Assembly: GCA_041827905.1 (NCBI GenBank)
Contig: JBHALY010000246.1
Coordinates: forward strand, 1 to 43,713
Direction of reading: 5' to 3'
Length of the DNA: 43,713 nucleotides
DNA from: Neisseria dentiae
Lineage (GTDB): Bacteria > Pseudomonadota > Gammaproteobacteria > Burkholderiales > Neisseriaceae
The notes under the pieces were generated by a model. The model saw only the letters and a list, made by a program, of their open reading frames with translations. It had not been told where the DNA came from and made no database searches. Each line of letters begins with the position of its first letter. The stretch's first letter is position 1. The position numbers and the translations under genes were made by a program. Shown in pieces: positions 35,735 to 43,713 of the stretch.

Positions 35735-37903
35735 ATGATTTTGCACCACATCGCACTCAACGTGCCGGTTTCAGACGGCCTCTTTACTTACCGCCACCCG
35801 ACTGCGCTGCCCGCAGGTTGCCGGGTGGCGGTGCCGTTTCGCGGCAAAACGGTGGCGGGCGTGGTGTGGGCAAGCGGCGTGGAAAGCGGCATGGCGATTG
35901 AGAAAATCCTGCCCGTGCAAACGGCTTTTACCGATGAGGCGCCGTTGCCCGAAAGCTGGCGCGAGCTGCTCGACTTTACCGCCCGCTATTATCATTACCC
36001 CACCGGCCAGGCCGTATTTGCCGCGCTGCCGGCAGGGTTGAAAGAGCCGAAGCCCGTTGGCATGCCGCAGCCGCCGCTGTTTTACGCTTTAAACGAAACC
36101 GGCAGGGCGCAAATACCGCCACCCGAGCGGTTTCGCAAACAACACGCATTATGGCAGGCGTTGTTTTCAGACGGCTTCGAAATGGCGGCCTTGAAACGCA
36201 TCAACAACCAAGCCCCCAAGCTCGTGCAAGAGTGGGCCACCCAAGGCTGGATACACACCTCGCACGCCGCCGCGCCGAAGCTGAATCCGTCCGAACATAC
36301 GCTGAACGCCGCGCAGCAGGCCGCATCGCAGGCCGTGCAGGCTGCCGCCGGCACTTTCCAACCGTTTCTGCTTTACGGCATCACCGGCAGCGGCAAAACC
36401 GAAGTGTATTTCGACGTGATGGCCGAAGTGCTGGCCGCGGGCAAACAGGTGTTGTTTCTGCTGCCCGAAATCAACCTTACGCCGCAACTGCTCAAACGGG
36501 TGCAGGCGCGGTTTGCCGACGTGCCGGCCGCCGTTTTGCACAGCCAAACCGCCGCCGGACAGCGCACGCAGGATTATCTGCGCGCCATGCTCGGCCAAGC
36601 CAAGCTGGTTATCGGCACGCGGCTGGCGGTGTTCACGCCGCTGCCCGACATCGGCCTGATTGTGGTGGACGAAGAACACGACGGCTCGTTCAAACAAGAC
36701 AACGAATTGCGCTACCAAGCCCGCGATTTGGCCGTGTGGCGCGCCAAACAGAGCGGCTGCCCGATTGTGCTCGGTTCCGCCACGCCCAGCCTCGAGAGCT
36801 GGCACAAAGCGCAAAACGGCGCCTACCGGCTGCTGGAGCTGGCCGAACGCGCCCATGCCGCCGCCAAACTGCCGCAGGTGGAGGTTTTAAACGTAGGCCG
36901 TCTGAAACTCGACAACGGCTTCTCACCGCAAGCCCTCAAACTGTTGCAGCAAAACCATAGTCAGGGCGGCATGTCGCTGGTTTACCTCAACCGCCGCGGT
37001 TTCGCCCCCGCCCTGTTTTGCGGCGACTGCGGCCACACCTTCGGCTGCCCGCGCTGTTCGGCCAAAATGGTGCTGCACCAGCGCGCCCGCCAACTGCGCT
37101 GCCATCATTGCGACTACCGCCAAAGCGTTCCCTACAAATGCCCCGATTGCGGCAACCAAGACCTGACCGCCGTCGGCCAGGGCACGCAGCGCGTTGAAGA
37201 AACCCTGCGCGCGTTGATGCCGCAAGCCGCCGTTGCCCGCGTCGACCGCGACAGCACCGCCCATAAAAACGACTGGGCCGATTTATACCGCCGCATCGCC
37301 GGCAACGAAATCGACGTGCTGGTCGGCACCCAGATGCTCGCTAAAGGCCACGACTTCGCCCGTCTGAACCTCGTGGTGGTGCTCAACGCCGACGGCAGCC
37401 TTTACAGCGCCGACTTCCGCGCGCCCGAGCGTCTGTTTGCCGAGCTGATGCAGGTTTCCGGCCGCGCCGGCCGCGCGCAAACCGCAGGCAGCGTGCTGAT
37501 ACAGACCCAACTGCCCGAACACCCCGTGTTCGCCGCCGTGAAAGTGCAAAATTACCGCATCTTCGCCGAAACCGAATTGGCCGAGCGCAAACTGCTGAAT
37601 ATGCCGCCGTTTGCCTTTCAGACGGCCATCCGCGCCGATGCCGCCAAAGTGGCCGACGCGATGGATTTTCTCAACGGCATCAAAGCCGTAACCGGGCCGT
37701 TAATCAGTGAAAACGTATCCGTGTTCGGCCCCGCCCCGATGTTTATGGTGCGGCTGGCCGAACGCGAGCGTGCGCAAGTGTTTTTAGAATCGCCCGACCG
37801 CCGCAGCCTGCACCGTGCCGTGAGCCTGTGGGTGCAGGTGTTGCAGCAATACCGCGACGGCAAAATCAGGTGGTCGGTGGATGTGGATCCTGCGGAGATG
37901 TGA
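35735..37903 (+). CDS. priA: Primosomal protein N'
   Basis: GITGSGKTEVY, DEEHD, GSATPSLES, Cys-rich Zn motifs, QVSGRAGR, DVDP end; ATG 35735. Confidence 0.96.
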   Translation: MILHHIALNVPVSDGLFTYRHPTALPAGCRVAVPFRGKTVAGVVWASGVESGMAIEKILPVQTAFTDEAPLPESWRELLDFTARYYHYPTGQAVFAALPAGLKEPKPVGMPQPPLFYALNETGRAQIPPPERFRKQHALWQALFSDGFEMAALKRINNQAPKLVQEWATQGWIHTSHAAAPKLNPSEHTLNAAQQAASQAVQAAAGTFQPFLLYGITGSGKTEVYFDVMAEVLAAGKQVLFLLPEINLTPQLLKRVQARFADVPAAVLHSQTAAGQRTQDYLRAMLGQAKLVIGTRLAVFTPLPDIGLIVVDEEHDGSFKQDNELRYQARDLAVWRAKQSGCPIVLGSATPSLESWHKAQNGAYRLLELAERAHAAAKLPQVEVLNVGRLKLDNGFSPQALKLLQQNHSQGGMSLVYLNRRGFAPALFCGDCGHTFGCPRCSAKMVLHQRARQLRCHHCDYRQSVPYKCPDCGNQDLTAVGQGTQRVEETLRALMPQAAVARVDRDSTAHKNDWADLYRRIAGNEIDVLVGTQMLAKGHDFARLNLVVVLNADGSLYSADFRAPERLFAELMQVSGRAGRAQTAGSVLIQTQLPEHPVFAAVKVQNYRIFAETELAERKLLNMPPFAFQTAIRADAAKVADAMDFLNGIKAVTGPLISENVSVFGPAPMFMVRLAERERAQVFLESPDRRSLHRAVSLWVQVLQQYRDGKIRWSVDVDPAEM

Positions 37904-37911
37904 AAGAGATC

Positions 37912-38077
37912 GAGACCTTTGCAAAATTTGTTTAGGCACCTTAAAACACTTGCGTCATGCTCGGGCTTGACCCGAGCATCTTTTTGTTTTAGAAGAAAAA
38001 AGAGATACTCGGGTCAAGCCCGAGTATGACGAAATATCATACATTTAAGATTAAAACGGCTTTTTTGCAAAGGTCTC
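37912..38077. mobile_element. MITE with IS1106/IS5-like ends enclosing a pair of palindromic REP-like units
   Basis: GAGACCTTTGCAAAA ... TTTTGCAAAGGTCTC; internal GTCATGCTCGGGCTTGACCCGAGCATC and GATACTCGGGTCAAGCCCGAGTATGAC. Related ends near 33139, 33175 and 43319. Confidence 0.75.
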
Positions 38078-38096
38078 AGGTGTAGGAAATTCTAGC

Positions 38097-38268
38097 GTTG
38101 TTTACACTTTCCGTTTTTTGCATGCAGACCCATTTTGGGATTTTTGAGGGTTGTCAAGAATGCTGAAAGGCACGGCGAAGCCGCATCGTTCTTGAGAATG
38201 CTCAAAAATCACGAAACCATCATTCCAGCAAAAAACAAAAGTCGTTTAGCATAAAAAGTGTAAACAAC
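38097..38268. repeat. Second MITE-like element with 14-bp terminal inverted repeats
   Basis: GTTGTTTACACTTT ... AAAGTGTAAACAAC; internal imperfect inverted repeat GATTTTTGAG..CAAGAA / TTCTTG..CTCAAAAATC. Confidence 0.6.
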
Positions 38269-38313
38269 CCGACCTTTTCCCACATCTCAGGCCGCCTCAT
38301 AACGGCAAAATAT

Positions 38314-38353
38314 ATCAGGCCGTCTGAAAAATTTGATTTTCAGACGGCCTGAT
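38314..38353. terminator. DUS inverted-repeat terminator between convergent priA and rhlE
   Basis: ATCAGGCCGTCTGAAAA ... TTTTCAGACGGCCTGAT. Confidence 0.7.
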
Positions 38354-38467
38354 TATTTTGCCAAAACCATTCCGGGGTTTTAAAACATCTGCATCATGTT
38401 CGGGGTGGATCCGGGCAGCTGCCGGTAAGGCTTGTTGGATTTTGCACAGGTTTCAACACCTTGCGGT

Positions 38468-39859
38468 TCACGCACCGTAATTGGGTTGCAGCAGGGCGCA
38501 TTTCTGCCGTTCGCGGCGGCTGCGGCGGGAGCGGCCGGCGATTTTGCCGCAGGCAGCGCCGGGGTCGTTGCGGTCGGCCTGGCGTTCGTTGCGGTTTTCG
38601 CTGCGGGCGTATTTGTTGTCGCGGTTTTTCGGCTCGCGGGTGTTGCGCTCGCGTTCGCGGGCGGTGCGCGGCGCGGCGGGGGTTGCCGCGGTGCCGTCTT
38701 GCTGCCACCAGCTCGGCTCGAAGCCTTCGATGCGCTCGACTTCCACTTGGCTGCGGGTCAGCTCTTTGATGGCTTCGAACATTTTCTGTTCGTGTTCGTC
38801 CATCAGCGAAATCGCCACGCCGTCGGCGCCTGCGCGACCGGTGCGGCCGATGCGGTGCACATAGTCTTCCGGTTGGGTGGGCAGCTCGTAGTTGATGACA
38901 AACGGCAGCTCGGCGATGTCGAGGCCGCGGGCGGCCACGTCGGTGGCCACCAGCACGCGCAATGCGCCTTCTTTGAATGCGCCCAGGGTTTCGAGGCGGG
39001 TTTGCTGCGATTTGTCGCCGTGGATGGCTTGGGCGGAAATTTCGCGGCGCTGCAAATCGCGGGTTACTTGGTCGACGCTTTGTTTGGTTTTGCAGAACAC
39101 GATAACCTGGTTCATGTTTAAATCGACAATCAGGCGCTCGAGCAGGTTGCGTTTGCGGGCGGTGTCAACGGCGATAACGTGTTGCTCGACGTTGGCGCTG
39201 GCGGCGTTTTGGGCGGCCACTTCCACTTGCTCGGGGTTGTTCATGAAATCCTGCGCCAGTTTGCGGATGGGCGGGGCGAACGTGGCGGAGAACAGCAGGG
39301 TTTGGCGTTGTTTGGGCAGCATGCGCATGATGCTGCGGATGTCGTCGATAAAGCCCATGTCGAGCATGCGGTCGGCTTCGTCGAGCACCACGATTTCGAC
39401 TTTGCTGAAATTGATGTTTTTCTGTTTGACATGGTCGAGCAGGCGGCCGACGGTGGCGACGACGATTTCGCAGCCTGCGCGCAGGTCGGCGGTTTGCTTG
39501 TCCATATTCACTCCGCCGAAGAGCACGGTGTGGCGCAGCGGCAGGTTTTTGATGTAGCCCTGCACGTTTTGGTCGATTTGGTCGGCCAGCTCGCGCGTGG
39601 GCGTGAGCACCAGCATACGCACGGGGTGCATGGCGGGCGAGGTGCTGGGGGTGGCGTAGCGTTTCAGGCGCTCGAGGCTGGGCAGCATAAAGGCGGCGGT
39701 TTTGCCGGTACCGGTTTGGGCGGCGGCCAGCAGGTCGTGTCCGGCCAATGCTTTGGGAATGGCGGCGGCCTGAATCGGGGTGGGCGTTTCGTAGCCCTGT
39801 TCGGTGAGGGCGGCGACGATTTCGCTGCCCAGGCCGAGTGATGAAAAGGTCGGATTCAT
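38468..39859 (-). CDS. rhlE: DEAD-box RNA helicase (RhlE-like)
   Basis: Q motif, AQTGTGKT, PTREL, DEAD, SAT, ARGLD, HRIGRTGR; ATG 39859. Confidence 0.9.
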   Translation of the reverse strand: MNPTFSSLGLGSEIVAALTEQGYETPTPIQAAAIPKALAGHDLLAAAQTGTGKTAAFMLPSLERLKRYATPSTSPAMHPVRMLVLTPTRELADQIDQNVQGYIKNLPLRHTVLFGGVNMDKQTADLRAGCEIVVATVGRLLDHVKQKNINFSKVEIVVLDEADRMLDMGFIDDIRSIMRMLPKQRQTLLFSATFAPPIRKLAQDFMNNPEQVEVAAQNAASANVEQHVIAVDTARKRNLLERLIVDLNMNQVIVFCKTKQSVDQVTRDLQRREISAQAIHGDKSQQTRLETLGAFKEGALRVLVATDVAARGLDIAELPFVINYELPTQPEDYVHRIGRTGRAGADGVAISLMDEHEQKMFEAIKELTRSQVEVERIEGFEPSWWQQDGTAATPAAPRTARERERNTREPKNRDNKYARSENRNERQADRNDPGAACGKIAGRSRRSRRERQKCALLQPNYGA

Positions 39860-40023
39860 AATGTTTGCTCTCGTTTCAGACGGCCTGTGCGGGCGGTGAA
39901 AATATAGGCCGTCTGAAAAAATATCGGGGAAAAATAAGGCAGGGCGGTATGCCTGCCTGACGGATATACGGTCTCTATTATGCCATAAATCGGGTGGGGC
40001 GGCCGCCTGTGCGTTTGCTGGTG

Positions 40024-43000
40024 TTATTCGGCACTTTTTTGATCGGAATATTTCAACAGCGGCGCAAGCAGGTGTCCGGCCATATTCCAAAACAACTGGG
40101 TTTCTATCGGCGGGGTTTCGTCGTTACCGAACACCAAACCGACTTCGGTATAGTCGCGCTGCCCTTTGCTGTTTTTATTGCCGTAATAGGCATCTTTGGC
40201 GGCTTTGGCGGCATCTTCCACGCTTTTGTTTTGAGCCAGTTCTGCGGCCGCTTTCAGGCTGGTGCGGGCGAAAAACGGCAGCGGGCGGGTTTGGCCGAGG
40301 CGGTAATAATCCAGCCATTGCCGCAGCAGTTCGAGCGCTTCCGGCTGCGGGATTTCCGGCAGGGTTTCGGGTTGGGCGGGCAGCAGCAGGTGGGTTTGGC
40401 GGTTTGGGGTTTCAGACGGCTTCACGGCGCAGAAAATCAGGTGTTCGAGCAGGATGGCGATGCGCTCGGGAGCGTTGGGGGCTTCGTTGAGAAAGTAAAT
40501 CTGCCCGTGTTGGTAGAGGTGGTTGAGGCTGCCCGATAGGGTGGTGCCGTCAAGCTCGAGCGCGTAGGGCAGGGCGGGCAGTTTGGGGCTGGCTACCAGC
40601 GTGCCGTCGAGCGATTTGGCGGCCGCTTGGAACTTGCGCTGCCACAATATGCCCAGCTCTCCGGCGGGCAGCAGGCTTTCGGCTTGCAGGCGGGCTTCGG
40701 TTTGTTGGAAGTTTTCGTTGCTGCGGCGCGCGGCGGTATATTCGGCGGCGATGGCGGCGGCCTGCTGCGGCTCGAACGGCTCGGCGGCGTCCCAAGCGGT
40801 GTCGCGGTAGGGTTCGCGCCAGTTGAGGGTGTGTTGCAGCCAGCTTTTGACGGGGTTTTTCCAGAAGCGGACAAATTCGTGGTGGCTGACGGCTTGGGCG
40901 GTGTTTCCGGCCTCGCCGAGCGGTTCGCTGAAAAATGGCACGGGGGCTGCGGCTGGGGCGTTCAGGGCGGCGGCATAGTCGCGGCGGGTGCTTTGCAGGC
41001 CGTCTGAACGCGGTTGGCCGGTGAAATAGCTGCGTGAAAACGGTTGCAGGGGGTGGTGTTCTATGTGGTTTTCGTGCCAGCTGCGGGTGCTGCGGCCGGT
41101 CATGGCGGCAAGGGTGTCGGCCAGCTCGTTTAAGAGGGCGGAGGGCGCCAGCTCTTGGTTGTTGCGGATGTCTCGCCCCACATACGATAAATACAGGATT
41201 TCGCGCGCGCTCATGATGGCTTCGAGAAAGAGATAGCGGTCGTCGTCGCGGCGGGCGCGGTCGCCTTTTTGGGGGTGGCGGGCGATGAGGTCGAAAGCGG
41301 CGGCTTTGGTGTTGCGGGGGAAGTCGCCGTCGTTGAGGCCGAGCAGGCAGATGACTTTGAACGGCAGGCTGCGCATCGGCACCATGCTGCAAAAGGTGAT
41401 GCCGCCGCGCAGAAAGCCGGCCTGGCTTTCGCTGTCGAGAAAGCGGCCGATGTGGCGGATAACGGTGTGCTGCGGCAGGGGGCTTTCAAAGCCTGCCAAC
41501 GCGGCTTCTTCCTGCCAGCGGGCGAGCGACTGGCTCAGTTGCTGCCAAGCGTATTGGTCGCCGCTGCCGGGGGCGGTGAGCGCGGCCAGCAGGTTGCGCA
41601 CGCGTTCGGCCCATTCGGCCACGGTGGCGGGGCGCTGCCATTCGCGGGCGGCGGCGGAGAGCGTGCGTACGAGGGCAGTGAAGCGACCGAGCACGGCGGT
41701 TTGGCCGGGGTTGCCGTGCCAGGCGCTGATGTTGTGCCACAGCGGGTTGCCGTTTTCGGGCAGCAGCCAGCCGAGCGCCAAACGCTCCAAACCCTGCTGC
41801 CAGGTGAACAGGTTGTCGCTACCGCCGCGCATTCCGTTATCCAGCCCCCAATGTACGTTGAGCGCGGCGATGGTGTCGTGCAGCAGCGGCAGGTCGTCGC
41901 GGGTGAGTTCGAAACGTTGCAGCACCAGGTCGTTTTCCAGCAAGGGCAGCAGCAGATCGACTTCAAAACGGCTTTCCAGCAGCGCGAGCGTTTGCGAGAG
42001 TGCTTGAAAGAGCGGTTGGCGGCGGCTGATTTTCACATCCGACACCGAATAGGGCAGTGCCTGCGCGCCGGCTTGTTCCTGCCCGAACACGGCTTCGATA
42101 AACGGGCTGTAGGGTTCGATATTCGGGGTGAGCACGGCGATGTTGTGCGGCTGCCATTCGGGGTGTTCGGCCAAAACGGCGAGCAGGCGGTTTTTAAGAA
42201 TCTGCAATTCGCGCAGGGGGCTGTGGGCGGAAACGATCTGTATCGAACGGTCGTTTTCGACGCCATCGGCGGTATAGCAGCTTTCAGACGGCATGGTTAA
42301 GGTTTGGATATCGTGTTGCAGGCAGCGCAGCAGGGTGGGCGGGGCCGTCTGAAAAGGTTCGTCGTCGAACACGGGGATTTCGTGTTTGGGCACTTCGGCC
42401 AGCGCGTCGAAAAAATCGCGCCCCTGCTTGCCCAGCGAAGCCAAAAGCGGGTGGCCTGCCTGGCTCAGGTCGATATCGCCTTCCTGTTGCAGCACTTGCG
42501 CTGCTTCGATCACGTTGCCCCAGTAGGCGCTGCTGGGGTTGAGGGCGAAAATATGCACATCGCAATGCTCGGCAAGCGCTTGCAAGAGTTGCAGATACAT
42601 CGGTGCCATGGTGGCGATGCCGAACACACAGTAGCGTTCGGGCAGCTTGCTTTTGTCGAGCGCACCGAGAAGCTGCCGCCATAATGCGACGCGGTGCGGC
42701 GTTTGCGTGCTGCCGTCGTCGAGATACCGCCACAATGCCGCCTGCCAGTTTTCGCCGCTGCCCAAACCCAGAGTTTTGCCCTGCTGCCAAGCATCTATCC
42801 ATTGCGGGCGGTACACCAAATATTGGTCGAAAATATCCGCCAGTTGCCCCGCCAGCTGGTAGGCGGCCGAGCCGCCGCTACCCAAATAGCTTTGCAGCGC
42901 GTCGCGCGCGCTTTGGTATTCGGCGGCCGTCTGAAAAAGCCGGCTTTGAAACAGCTCCAGCAAACGCCAGCGCATCACTTCGGGCGAAAACGGGCTGAGT

Positions 43001-43245
43001 GCGGGCACGCCCGGTATCAGCCCGCGCATCAGCCGCCACGCCAGCCCGGCGGGCAGGCTGAAATGCAGGTTGGCCGCCACGCCGGTTTCGCGTGCCAGAT
43101 AAGCGTTGAGATAGCGCCGCATGCCTTGACTCTGTACCACGATTTCTTCTTCAGCCAGCGGGTCGACGGGTGGTTGCAGGCGGTGCACCTGGTTGAACAG
43201 GGCGGCCAGGTCTTCCAAACGGTTGGATTGGTAAAGATAGAGCAT
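40024..43245 (-). CDS. recC: Exodeoxyribonuclease V gamma subunit
   Basis: YQSNRLEDL, ADIFDQYLVYRP, HPLLASLGKQGRDF, HSPLRE, MVPMRSLPF, DDDRYLFLEA, HPLQPFS. Confidence 0.96.
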   Translation of the reverse strand: MLYLYQSNRLEDLAALFNQVHRLQPPVDPLAEEEIVVQSQGMRRYLNAYLARETGVAANLHFSLPAGLAWRLMRGLIPGVPALSPFSPEVMRWRLLELFQSRLFQTAAEYQSARDALQSYLGSGGSAAYQLAGQLADIFDQYLVYRPQWIDAWQQGKTLGLGSGENWQAALWRYLDDGSTQTPHRVALWRQLLGALDKSKLPERYCVFGIATMAPMYLQLLQALAEHCDVHIFALNPSSAYWGNVIEAAQVLQQEGDIDLSQAGHPLLASLGKQGRDFFDALAEVPKHEIPVFDDEPFQTAPPTLLRCLQHDIQTLTMPSESCYTADGVENDRSIQIVSAHSPLRELQILKNRLLAVLAEHPEWQPHNIAVLTPNIEPYSPFIEAVFGQEQAGAQALPYSVSDVKISRRQPLFQALSQTLALLESRFEVDLLLPLLENDLVLQRFELTRDDLPLLHDTIAALNVHWGLDNGMRGGSDNLFTWQQGLERLALGWLLPENGNPLWHNISAWHGNPGQTAVLGRFTALVRTLSAAAREWQRPATVAEWAERVRNLLAALTAPGSGDQYAWQQLSQSLARWQEEAALAGFESPLPQHTVIRHIGRFLDSESQAGFLRGGITFCSMVPMRSLPFKVICLLGLNDGDFPRNTKAAAFDLIARHPQKGDRARRDDDRYLFLEAIMSAREILYLSYVGRDIRNNQELAPSALLNELADTLAAMTGRSTRSWHENHIEHHPLQPFSRSYFTGQPRSDGLQSTRRDYAAALNAPAAAPVPFFSEPLGEAGNTAQAVSHHEFVRFWKNPVKSWLQHTLNWREPYRDTAWDAAEPFEPQQAAAIAAEYTAARRSNENFQQTEARLQAESLLPAGELGILWQRKFQAAAKSLDGTLVASPKLPALPYALELDGTTLSGSLNHLYQHGQIYFLNEAPNAPERIAILLEHLIFCAVKPSETPNRQTHLLLPAQPETLPEIPQPEALELLRQWLDYYRLGQTRPLPFFARTSLKAAAELAQNKSVEDAAKAAKDAYYGNKNSKGQRDYTEVGLVFGNDETPPIETQLFWNMAGHLLAPLLKYSDQKSAE

Positions 43246-43288
43246 GATGGGTTTTCGATGGGAGGGAGAGGCGATTATGAATGAAGAG

Positions 43289-43318
43289 AGGCCGTCTGAA
43301 AACGTTTTCAGACGGCCT
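43289..43318. terminator. DUS inverted repeat between pilR and recC
   Basis: AGGCCGTCTGAAAAC-GTTTTCAGACGGCCT. Confidence 0.65.
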
Positions 43319-43358
43319 GAGACCTTTGCAAAACCCCCATCTGCGGCGGATTTCGGCT

Positions 43359-43713
43359 TCAGTTGATATCGAGGCGTTCCATGCGGTAGCGCATGGATCG
43401 GAAGCTGATGCCCAGCAGCTTGGCGGCCTGCGTGCGGTTAAAACGGGTTTGCTGCAAGGCCATTTCGATGATTTCGCGCTCGACTTGGTCGAGATAATCC
43501 TGAATCTGCATCTGGCCGGGCACGAAGCGGGCAAGCCGGCCGTTATCCGGTGCGAGTGCGCCGGAATCAGGCTCGGGTTCGGCAACCGGCGTATCGGCGG
43601 TTTCGGGGAGCGCGGAGAGCGACAGGGTGTGGCCGGTGTTGATTTGCAGATCGTCGAATTGGATCACCTGCCCCACGGTGAGGGCGACAGCGCGCTCGAG
43701 TATGTTTTCCAGC
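43359..43713 (-). CDS. pilR: Sigma-54-dependent regulator, PilR-like, C-terminal part (runs off the window)
   Basis: LENILERAVAL...; Fis-type HTH ALQQTRFNRTQAAKLLGISFRSMRYRM. Confidence 0.8.
   Translation of the reverse strand, partial: LENILERAVALTVGQVIQFDDLQINTGHTLSLSALPETADTPVAEPEPDSGALAPDNGRLARFVPGQMQIQDYLDQVEREIIEMALQQTRFNRTQAAKLLGISFRSMRYRMERLDIN

Noticed and set aside
33525-43585. Many long overlapping or antisense ORFs (e.g. 41269-42300, 39179-39841, 36151-36960, 34095-34766)
   Set aside because: Shadow frames of GC-rich conserved genes; no motifs or independent start signals.
1-43713. CRISPR array, rRNA, integrase
   Set aside because: No regularly spaced repeat-spacer series, rRNA-like sequence or recombinase ORF was seen.

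Overview
Neisseria-type chromosome segment; the AG-dialect DNA uptake sequence AGGCCGTCTGAA occurs throughout. It has three parts. (1) 1-5178 is the distal end of a two-partner-secretion/CDI polymorphic toxin locus: two DUF637-type toxin ORFs with immunity genes, one collapsed toxin remnant with its own immunity gene, and repeated linkers. (2) 5214-32960 starts with two IS1595/IS1016 elements, followed by an integrative-conjugative-type island read almost entirely on the minus strand. The island carries a complete virB1-B11/virD4 T4SS, two ssb genes, a primase-LPD7 polyvalent protein, MobC and a relaxase. It also carries two AT-rich defence cassettes: ThsB-like TIR + TIR-SLOG fusion, and an IetAS-like AAA ATPase + subtilase. 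It ends in a duplicated 3' half of tRNA-Asn (att site). No integrase or second att is visible in the window. (3) 33549-43713 holds housekeeping genes (aroG, rarD, priA, rhlE, recC, 3' end of pilR) and small repeat elements. Most notable observations: a gapless ~50-aa domain plus an Arg-ending tail shared by three adjacent island proteins (candidate new VirD4-recruitment signal); a conjugation operon with terminator-like hairpins directly in front of most ribosome-binding sites (candidate antitermination control); and a Thoeris-like pair with a TIR-SLOG effector. All family assignments are by motif recognition, not database search.
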